Shown here: in pieces, positions 47,411 to 55,217 of the stretch
Layout of the letters: every line of letters starts with the position of its first letter
Position numbering within the stretch: position 1 is the stretch's first letter
Notes under the pieces: generated by a model
Told to the model about the DNA's origin: nothing
The model's input: the letters and a program-made list of their open reading frames with translations, nothing else
Database searches by the model: none
IMG/VR virus record: IMGVR_UViG_3300035661_000010
Direction: 5' to 3' (one strand)
Length of the DNA: 64,000 nt
DNA from: a virus
Position numbers and translations under genes: made by a program

Positions 47411-48184
47411 ATGCCGAAGCTCTCTCCCGAAACCCCTGACCATCTCGTAGGAGACACGTTCGTTCGTGACTACGACCTCGGGATCGTGCAGAGGCTCGGC
47501 GGGGTCGTCACCGGAGAGCATTTCTTCACCAAGGTGACAGGTGTCGAGTATCCGGACTTTCCGGACGACTTTCCTGTAGTCGCTCTGCGCCGGACCATGA
47601 TGCCGGGCGTTCCTATCACGTTGGCTGCACCGAACGATGCGACCGAGTACTGGGTGAACCCCAGCATCATCGTGCGACGCCAGGATCCTGTACCGGCCAT
47701 GGAGAGATGGCAGGCCGGTCAGAAGCTGAAGTACGTGCGACCTGCGCCCGGTGCCGCCCCTGTGACCGTTGTGCTCTCCAAGGGCATGGATCGCAAGACG
47801 GGCAAGGTTGTTCAGAGGACAGCTACCGGGTACGACGCCTACGAGACGAAGCCGCAGCCGTGGCCGTTCGACATTCCGTACACGATTCTATGTCGCGCAG
47901 AAGGAAACAGGGCTGAGTCCCAGGCTCAGAGCCTGCTTAGGCACATCATGAAGCGGTTCCCGCCAAGGGATAATCTGGACGTTACCGATTCACTTGATAG
48001 CGTAGACGGATACGGGATGTTCGTGGATGGCCCAACCAGCCTCTCAGAGGCGATGGACATCGCGCATCGAGTACGTGGATGGTCGTGGTCGGTTCGTGTT
48101 CTGGGTTATCTTGACATTGACGACCCGACAGTTGAGAAAGCAGTTACGAAGCCTGCGACCGTAAACCCGGCCCAGCAAAAGTGA
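47411..48184 (+). CDS. putative tail terminator
   Basis: upstream of sheath; PSIIVRR, PWPFDIPYTI. Confidence 0.5.
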   Translation: MPKLSPETPDHLVGDTFVRDYDLGIVQRLGGVVTGEHFFTKVTGVEYPDFPDDFPVVALRRTMMPGVPITLAAPNDATEYWVNPSIIVRRQDPVPAMERWQAGQKLKYVRPAPGAAPVTVVLSKGMDRKTGKVVQRTATGYDAYETKPQPWPFDIPYTILCRAEGNRAESQAQSLLRHIMKRFPPRDNLDVTDSLDSVDGYGMFVDGPTSLSEAMDIAHRVRGWSWSVRVLGYLDIDDPTVEKAVTKPATVNPAQQK

Positions 48185-48199
48185 TCGAAGGAGCTGACG

Positions 48200-48691
48200 A
48201 TGGCAGACGAGAACCAGGTTGCGGCGCCCAAGACAGACGAGAAGCCGAAGAAAGAGCGTACGGATTGGCCGCGGAAGTTCCGAAACTTCGCGCCCGGCCC
48301 TCTTGCTCTGGAGACCGTCACGCATGGCGGCATCTCGCTCGGTGGCAAGCAGACCATCTGGCTCTGGTCGGACGACTACGCGATGGAGCTCGTTCAGCAT
48401 CACATCAGGCAGGAGCTTCTGGCCCCCTGGGAAGATGGTGAGGAGCAGCCGAAGCGTCCGACCGCGATGCCGTCAAATGGCACCGTCGATCTGTCCAAGC
48501 TCGATGCAGTGCCTGGTCTCGTGAAGGGTCCGGATGGAGAAATGGTCCAGGCGTCTCAGACGCTCGGAGCAGTTCTCACGGAGGAGGGCTCGAAGAACGA
48601 GCCGCCTCCCGTGAACTTCGCACCTCCGGGCGGTTCCGGTGGTGGTGAGGAAGCCGACAGCGGCCCGACTTCCAAAAAGAAGCGGGGATGA
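48200..48691 (+). CDS. hypothetical protein
   Basis: SD AAGGAG. Confidence 0.7.
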   Translation: MADENQVAAPKTDEKPKKERTDWPRKFRNFAPGPLALETVTHGGISLGGKQTIWLWSDDYAMELVQHHIRQELLAPWEDGEEQPKRPTAMPSNGTVDLSKLDAVPGLVKGPDGEMVQASQTLGAVLTEEGSKNEPPPVNFAPPGGSGGGEEADSGPTSKKKRG

Positions 48692-48741
48692 CGCGCGGCG
48701 AGTTCTGAGAATCCTGGCGGATCACAGGGCGGAGGAGAGTC

Positions 48742-50955
48742 ATGGCTAACAAGAGCGCGAAGGTTACGATCGAAGAGCTGCCGGCGGCACCGGGAGCGAT
48801 TGAGGGCGTTTCGACGTCCACTGTCATCACTGCTGGGTGGACGAAGCGAGGCCGCACCGACGTCATCGTCAGGGCAGGAAGCTACGCCGAGGTCGAACAG
48901 AAGACGGGGACGTTCTGGAAGAACTCGTACATCGCCTATGCGCTGAACGGCTTCTTCAACAACGACGGTCAGAGCGCGTACATCCGTCGCGTGACGCCGT
49001 CTGACGCAGTAGCCGCGAACCTTACGTTGGCCGATGCCGCAACTGCGGCCGTGTTCATCGGACGCACCTTCGCGACGACTTCGATCACGACCCTGTCGGC
49101 GTCAAAGTACAACATGAAGTTCACGGTGAACGCCTTCACACCGACCACGGTCGACGTGACTTCGAATGCTGGCGTGTCTGGCTCATACCTGTTGTCGGCG
49201 ATTGTCACGAACATCAACACGGCGATGGCTCTCGTGGACGTGTCGCTCTCCAACTTCGCGTCGCTGATCACGCAGGTCACGAGCGCTGGCGTGCGGTACC
49301 GCATCCAGCTCACATCTCCGACGACTGGCGCCGCATCGCAGATCGCATTCACTGCCCCGGTCTCGGGCGGGTGCAGCCTGGAGCTGTTCGGGATCGTCTC
49401 GACGGACCTACCGAAGACTGTCCTCGGCCAAGCTGCCGTGGCGAGTCGCTTCACGGTCACTGCGCTCGGCGCAGGTCTTTGGGGCAACGACATCCAGATC
49501 CAGATCGTCGGTGACCCGAACTGGAAGACCTCGACTGGTGGCTGGACCAAGTTCGACGCCATCATCAACGAGGAGCTGGACGGCAACAACAAGTTCACCA
49601 CGCGCGAGACCTATTCGGAAGTCGTCCTCGATGTCGACACCGACCCGGCGTTCATCGCTGGGTACATCGGAGCTCGCTCGAGCTACGTGACGGTGACGGA
49701 AGGTGTCGGGTACGGCATCCCACGCACCCTCGTACCCGTGTCGATCACGAAGGAGTTCCTTGGTGACGCAGTCGGCAACGCGTCGCTCACGACCTTTACT
49801 GGTCGCCTGATGAACCTGCCGAACCGCAAGAACGTCACCATCACCACGACCCTCACCGGTGCGATCAGCGTGAACGTGACCGACAACGGTACTGGGTCCT
49901 TCTCCGGAACGGGCGTGTCGTCTGGCACGGTCGACTACATGACCGGCGAGATCAGTATCACGTTCTCCGCAGCTCCGACTGCTGGAACCCCCGTCTACGT
50001 GGCGTACACGACCACGGCTAGCGACACAGTCACGTACGATCTGGCAAGCGGTACGGATGGCACTGGTCCTCTGGGTCGTTCAGACGTCACCGATCCGTCG
50101 CTAGCCGCGACGAAGGGTGGCATCTATCTGTTCAACGACATCACGGATGAAGTGCTCAACGTCATCCTGCCTGACTTCGCAGGCGTGCTGTCGGTGCACA
50201 ACGACCTGATCTCCTGGGCAGAGACGAGGAAGGACATCTTCGTCATCCTGGATCCGGCGGCCGGGCTCGATGCCGCCGGCGTGGTCACGTACCGCAGGGA
50301 CACGGGCGCGTTCAATACGTCCTACGCCGCGCTGTACTGGCCGTGGATCAAGACCGCAGACAGCCTCGCGAATGGAGCGCCCAAGAACGTGCCGCCCTCT
50401 GGACACGTGGCGGGCGTCTACGCACGGACCGACTCTACGCGCAACGTCGCCAAGGCGCCCGCTGGCGTCACGGATGGTCGACTCGTCGGAACCCTCGGGT
50501 TCGAGCGAACGATCTCCGAGACCGATCGTGACACGGTCTACCCGACTGGCGTCAACCCAATGATCGGCGAGCGCCAGACGGGCCGAGCTGTCTGGGGCGC
50601 CAGGACGCTCTCGCTCGACAAGCGCTGGCGCTACATCCAAGCGCGCAGATTCTTTCTGTTCGTCGAGAAGAGCATCTTCGTCAACTCGTGGTGGACGGTC
50701 TTCGAGACGATCGGTCCGGAGCTGTTCAGTCGAATCCAGACGAACGTCCGCGGTTTCCTCCGCGGCCTGCTTGCTCAGGGGTACTTCCCAACCAAGAAGG
50801 AGGAGGACGCGTTCGCGGTCGTGGTCGACAACACGAACAACGACGACAACTCCTCGCAGAACGGCGAAGTCATCATCGACACGTTCCTCGCAACCACGAC
50901 CCCAGGCGAGTTCATTCGCTTCCGGTTCCGTCAGAAGATCGCCCTCGCGGCGTGA
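48742..50955 (+). CDS. contractile tail sheath with inserted domains
   Basis: SYAALYWPW; VPPSGHVAGVYARTD; KAPAG; VWGARTL..WRYIQARR. Confidence 0.95.
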   Translation: MANKSAKVTIEELPAAPGAIEGVSTSTVITAGWTKRGRTDVIVRAGSYAEVEQKTGTFWKNSYIAYALNGFFNNDGQSAYIRRVTPSDAVAANLTLADAATAAVFIGRTFATTSITTLSASKYNMKFTVNAFTPTTVDVTSNAGVSGSYLLSAIVTNINTAMALVDVSLSNFASLITQVTSAGVRYRIQLTSPTTGAASQIAFTAPVSGGCSLELFGIVSTDLPKTVLGQAAVASRFTVTALGAGLWGNDIQIQIVGDPNWKTSTGGWTKFDAIINEELDGNNKFTTRETYSEVVLDVDTDPAFIAGYIGARSSYVTVTEGVGYGIPRTLVPVSITKEFLGDAVGNASLTTFTGRLMNLPNRKNVTITTTLTGAISVNVTDNGTGSFSGTGVSSGTVDYMTGEISITFSAAPTAGTPVYVAYTTTASDTVTYDLASGTDGTGPLGRSDVTDPSLAATKGGIYLFNDITDEVLNVILPDFAGVLSVHNDLISWAETRKDIFVILDPAAGLDAAGVVTYRRDTGAFNTSYAALYWPWIKTADSLANGAPKNVPPSGHVAGVYARTDSTRNVAKAPAGVTDGRLVGTLGFERTISETDRDTVYPTGVNPMIGERQTGRAVWGARTLSLDKRWRYIQARRFFLFVEKSIFVNSWWTVFETIGPELFSRIQTNVRGFLRGLLAQGYFPTKKEEDAFAVVVDNTNNDDNSSQNGEVIIDTFLATTTPGEFIRFRFRQKIALAA

Positions 50956-50970
50956 TGAAGCGGTCGACTG

Positions 50971-51000
50971 GAGGCGGGTCATAACGGCCCGCCTCTGTTT
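50971..51000 (+). terminator. intrinsic terminator
   Basis: GAGGCGGGTC...GGCCCGCCTC + TGTTT. Confidence 0.75.
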
Positions 51001-51018
51001 GATCGACAATGAGGAACG

Positions 51019-51657
51019 ATGAGCAACCTGGAAGCACTGCGTCAGTTCGTGGAGTCGTCGAAGTACTCGAAGTCGTACACGGACTACGCACGCCAGCAAG
51101 CGGACAAGGCGATGGAACTCGCCAAGCAGCGCGCCCCAGCACCGTTTCATGGAAAGTCGGCGATCCCAAGTGCGCCGGTCAAAAGCAAGGCGTCGAAGTA
51201 CGACGTCATCGCGGAGCTCGAAGAGGAGGCTCCCGATCCGTACAAGTTCATCGTAAAGTGTGGGATCAAGAACGGAGGCGCCCGCGGCTGGATCTCGCTG
51301 ACTATCGTCGGGCACCACGACACGAATCCCAAGGATCTGCTTCAGTGGCTGAAGGAGGTCTACGAACTGAGTGGTGCCGCAACACTTCCCAGCCCCGGCT
51401 CTACGATCGCTCTCCCGTACCGTGAGCTGACATCGAAGGGCAAGTACGGCCCCGCCATGAAGGCCGCCAACTGCTCCGAAGTTACGAAGCTGTTCGACGA
51501 GGTCGATGCGTTCGTGACCATGATGGAGCGACGACCGGACCTCGCAAAGGAGCTGGCCGACGAAGTCGATGGTGAACTCCTGAACTCTGGGGACCTTCGC
51601 TGGACGTTCTTGGGTGTGCTGAACAAGCCGCCGCCGAAGTCAAAGGATCCGTGGTGA
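51019..51657 (+). CDS. leader-bearing hypothetical protein
   Basis: SD GAGG; MSNLEALRQFVES. Confidence 0.7.
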   Translation: MSNLEALRQFVESSKYSKSYTDYARQQADKAMELAKQRAPAPFHGKSAIPSAPVKSKASKYDVIAELEEEAPDPYKFIVKCGIKNGGARGWISLTIVGHHDTNPKDLLQWLKEVYELSGAATLPSPGSTIALPYRELTSKGKYGPAMKAANCSEVTKLFDEVDAFVTMMERRPDLAKELADEVDGELLNSGDLRWTFLGVLNKPPPKSKDPW

Positions 51658-51757
51658 GGCGTTATCTGGACCTGATTCGTCTTTCTGAAGTAGATTTGGC
51701 TCGTAGGTCACCAGCGGGTAGAATGAACCGGGCTAGGAACCGAGAGGAGTAACGAGG

Positions 51758-52222
51758 ATGGCGCGCAAGAGGCAAGACGACTTCATCCAGAGTTTCCGGT
51801 TCCACGTGGTGGAGCCAACGGGGACGTTCCTGACGGCGACTGCTGGGTTCAAGACTGTCACCGTGCCCGACAAGAGCCTCGCTCCTGCCGAGTATCGCGA
51901 TGGCCTCACGCTCTACACGGTGAAGCAACCGGGTATCCCGACAATTGGTACTGCGACGTTGGCCCAGGGCGCGACCAAGAAGCAGTCCGAGTTCTTCAAG
52001 TGGATGAAAGCGTGTGCCGAGGGTGCCGAGTACCGAGCGGACCTCCAGATCGTCGTCCACGACAACTCGAACGTCTCGCCGCCGAACGTCGTCAAGGAGA
52101 TCGATCTGTTCGAGTGCTTCCCGCTTCGCAACAAGCCGATTGGCGACCTCGACTCCACGAACTCCGAGATCAACGTCCGCGAGCTCGAAGTTGCTGTCGA
52201 GCAGTGGGAAGAGAAGACCTAA
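51758..52222 (+). CDS. tail tube protein (T4 gp19/Afp1-like)
   Basis: FRFHV..GF...EYRDG...KQPG...TL..G...FFKW...CFP..DLDS. Confidence 0.9.
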   Translation: MARKRQDDFIQSFRFHVVEPTGTFLTATAGFKTVTVPDKSLAPAEYRDGLTLYTVKQPGIPTIGTATLAQGATKKQSEFFKWMKACAEGAEYRADLQIVVHDNSNVSPPNVVKEIDLFECFPLRNKPIGDLDSTNSEINVRELEVAVEQWEEKT

Positions 52223-52248
52223 CGGCACTCGTGCCCTGAAAGGGTGAC

Positions 52249-52863
52249 GTGGCCAAGAAACGCGACCTCGATCTCCTCCAGGATTTTCGGTTCCATCTGT
52301 TCGATGTGAGTCCGAAGATCCCAAGCCTGTTCCCGTTCGTGCTGAACCCGTCGATCGGGTTCTCGATGGTGACGGCTCCGTTGCTCAGCCTTGACAAGGC
52401 GACTATCACGCCAGGCAACGCGTACTACCCGCACAAAGTCATCAAGCGCGGCACGCCGAACACGCTTGTCTGTCAGCGTGGCGCGTACCTCGAAGACGGA
52501 GACTTCTGGCGCTGGTACCTGGCAGCGTTGACGGGCGAGAGCGGGTCGCTGAATGCGATTTCGGGGGCGCGCCGAAACCTGCTGCTCGTTCACTTCTCGC
52601 TGAAGGGCAACGGGATCCTGTCGTCGTACAACCCGGCACGCGTCGCAAGTACCGCCAACCTGGCTGGCGCGGGCCTGAGCCTCGCCTCGGCGGAAGCGTT
52701 CGGCTTCATCGGTCGCATCCCATCGCGAGCCTGGCTACTGTACGACTGCCAGCCGGCCGGGTACCGTCCAGCGAGCGATCTCTCCGCATCGAGTCCGGCC
52801 ATCTCGCTCCGCGAGCTTCAGCTCGACTACTCTGACATCGACGAGATCGACCTGGGGTTCTGA
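52249..52863 (+). CDS. second tube-like protein
   Basis: FRFHL..GF...L..RG...DFWRW...WLLYDCQP..Y...DLSA. Confidence 0.75.
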   Translation: MAKKRDLDLLQDFRFHLFDVSPKIPSLFPFVLNPSIGFSMVTAPLLSLDKATITPGNAYYPHKVIKRGTPNTLVCQRGAYLEDGDFWRWYLAALTGESGSLNAISGARRNLLLVHFSLKGNGILSSYNPARVASTANLAGAGLSLASAEAFGFIGRIPSRAWLLYDCQPAGYRPASDLSASSPAISLRELQLDYSDIDEIDLGF

Positions 52864-53741
52864 TGAAGATAGATCTGAAAGCGACCGTGCTCGAGGAAAC
52901 CAAGCGAGCCCTTCGTGATGAGGATGGGTTTGGCGCAGGGACAATGTCCGCCAACGTCGCGCCAGACGTTTTGGTGGCGCCGTCGACCCCGAAGAGTCGC
53001 AAGGATGAGGAAGAGGGCAAGAGTCCGATTCTCGGCATCGTTCGTCGCACGTTCCCTGAAGCCATCGACGGAATGGTCGGCGAGGTGGAGTGTCCGAGCT
53101 GTCATGCGGTGCAGGGCTTTCCGGACGACACCCAGGACGAGGTGGCTTGCGAGAAGTGTGAGCAGAAGTTCTTCGTGCCCGAGAGTGTGTCTACGCAAGC
53201 GATTGCGAGCGTGAAAGAGTCGCTGGGCGACATCGATCTGGCTGGGAAGCTTCCACCGAACACGCTCAAGGTTGACCCGGTACAGCAGACGACCCAGTTC
53301 TGTGGCCCGGCTGCCCTCGCATGTCTCCTGAATTTTCTCGGCCTCCACACGACCGAACTGGAAGTGTCGGCCGCTGCCGGCGTGACTGCCGACAAGGGCT
53401 GCACACCAGAGGGCCTGGTGGATGCAGCAAAGTCCTTTGGGCTCGATGCTGAGTACAAGCAGAACGGCACGAGCGCCGACGTGGAGCGCTTTGTGGAGCA
53501 GGAGCGTCTCCCGCTTCTGTTTTTCTGGTGGGGACATGGCCGGCGTGGCGATGGTCTGCACGTGAGCCTGGTGGTCGGTTGTGATGACAAGAGCGTGATC
53601 ATTATGGATCCGGAGCCGGGCCTGGTTTTGCCGAAGCTTTGGACGAGCTTCCTGGAGACATGGTTCACCTTTTCGACGCCGACACCATCGGCGGACGGAC
53701 TTCGTCTCGGCGAGTACCTCGTCATCAAACCGAAGCCATGA
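52863..53741 (+). CDS. Zn-ribbon + C39 papain-like peptidase
   Basis: QQTTQFCGPAAL; GCTPEGL; HVSLVVG; IIMDP. Confidence 0.85.
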   Translation: MKIDLKATVLEETKRALRDEDGFGAGTMSANVAPDVLVAPSTPKSRKDEEEGKSPILGIVRRTFPEAIDGMVGEVECPSCHAVQGFPDDTQDEVACEKCEQKFFVPESVSTQAIASVKESLGDIDLAGKLPPNTLKVDPVQQTTQFCGPAALACLLNFLGLHTTELEVSAAAGVTADKGCTPEGLVDAAKSFGLDAEYKQNGTSADVERFVEQERLPLLFFWWGHGRRGDGLHVSLVVGCDDKSVIIMDPEPGLVLPKLWTSFLETWFTFSTPTPSADGLRLGEYLVIKPKP

Positions 53742-53794
53742 AGCAAGCTCACTAGACTTCTGAGCGAGCCTGCGCTCGGATGTACACTGTGAGC

Positions 53795-54163
53795 GTGAAA
53801 GACGACCCGATTACGAACCGCGCATCGAAGATTGCGTCTCGAAGAGTCTCTACGAATGGCGAGGTTCAGGTTCGGCTCGGAGCATGGGTTCGCGAGGAGC
53901 TCGTCGACGAGTTCAAGAAGATCGCTGTCGGCAAGCAGATCGACATGAGCGACGTGATCCGCAACGCGATCCAGTCCTTCGTCTCTCAGAGCCGTGAAGA
54001 GTCATCTACGGCGCGGGGTGGCAAGGAGAACAAGCTTGCTCGCCGCATCTTCCGCGTCTTGCTCACGACGATGAGTCCAAAGGATGTTCTGGAGGACTGC
54101 CTTCGACTCATCCCAGCACACCAGGTCGATCAACTGATCGCAAAGCACCGAGGAGAGAAGTGA
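53795..54163 (+). CDS. ribbon-helix-helix regulator
   Basis: VRLGAWVREELVDEFKKIA...MSDVIRNAIQSFV. Confidence 0.7.
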   Translation: MKDDPITNRASKIASRRVSTNGEVQVRLGAWVREELVDEFKKIAVGKQIDMSDVIRNAIQSFVSQSREESSTARGGKENKLARRIFRVLLTTMSPKDVLEDCLRLIPAHQVDQLIAKHRGEK

Positions 54164-54166
54164 CAC

Positions 54167-55012
54167 ATGGCAATGGACAACAGTGACACGCAGATCATCG
54201 TGGATTGGCCGAGGGAGATCTCGCTCCTCAGTGGATACGTGTCGAAGGAGGGCATCCTCTACGACCGCGTCCTTGTGCGAGAGATCGGCGGAGAAGAAGA
54301 GGAGCTGATCGCGAAGAAGGATATCCCGCCGCGAGCACGTGTCGAAGGCATCGTCATCAACTGCGTGGAGAAGCTCCTGCCCGCGGTTGGCCAGACGATC
54401 GGCGGAGAGCCAGGAGGTCCGATGCCGGAGCCGCTCGAAGATCGTCGCGCGATCCGTCAGGCGGTGATCGAGATGCCGGCCAATGATCGCCCGCACATAC
54501 TCATCGAGCTGCGGAAGCTCTCACCTGGTCCGATCTTCTGGTACGACGTCGAATGCCCACGCGAGCGCTGTCAGGGGCAGCTGAAGAAGTTCACCGACCT
54601 GCGCACGCTCAAGCTGACGCGACCAAAGGATCCGATGCTTCGTACGTACGACGTCGACCTCGGTGGCGGCAATGTCGCGAAGATGAAGATCATGCTCGGC
54701 ACCGATGAGGCTCTGCTCGAGAAGCTACAGGAAGAGCATGGCGATCAGTTCACGCCTGCGATTGCGGTGAGGACGCTCCTGATCAACGGCAAGCCGGTCG
54801 AGTACGATGACATCAAGAAGATGGGCACCAGCAAGCGCATGAAGATGCGCTGGGCGTACGAGCGCAACGAGTGCGATGTCGAGACGGCGGTTCGGCACCG
54901 TTGCACCCTGTGCGACAAGGAATTCACCGTGAACCTGTCGATCGGGTCGCCTGATTTTTTCTTCCCGTCGGAGACCTCGAATCCCTGGAGTACGAGCTTG
55001 GTCTCTGGCTAG
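54167..55012 (+). CDS. tail/baseplate-hub assembly chaperone (T4 gp26-like)
   Basis: VREIGGEEEELI; DR..ILIELR; CxxC pairs; C-terminal DFFFP; upstream of tape measure. Confidence 0.75.
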   Translation: MAMDNSDTQIIVDWPREISLLSGYVSKEGILYDRVLVREIGGEEEELIAKKDIPPRARVEGIVINCVEKLLPAVGQTIGGEPGGPMPEPLEDRRAIRQAVIEMPANDRPHILIELRKLSPGPIFWYDVECPRERCQGQLKKFTDLRTLKLTRPKDPMLRTYDVDLGGGNVAKMKIMLGTDEALLEKLQEEHGDQFTPAIAVRTLLINGKPVEYDDIKKMGTSKRMKMRWAYERNECDVETAVRHRCTLCDKEFTVNLSIGSPDFFFPSETSNPWSTSLVSG

Positions 55013-55164
55013 AAGCGTTCGGTGGAGACTACTACGCGGCCAAAAAGGTGCCGTGGGCGCGTCGGGTTCGGATGCTCAACCAGTGGCTGGACAGGCAGCG
55101 GAGCAACGACAAGAACTGGTCCGAGTTCTTCGCGAAGCTGATGGGAGCGAGGCTTTCTGGATAG
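54955..55164 (+). other. -1 slippery site T TTT TTC and the frameshifted extension
   Basis: -1 frame is open from the heptamer to TAG 55162 (LPVGDLESLEYELGLW...VPWARR...) with no SD-led start of its own. Confidence 0.75.
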
Positions 55165-55217
55165 GAACCTCGCTTCCTAAGCTGTGTGCACCACGTGTGT
55201 TATAGTCAGGTTTGTAA

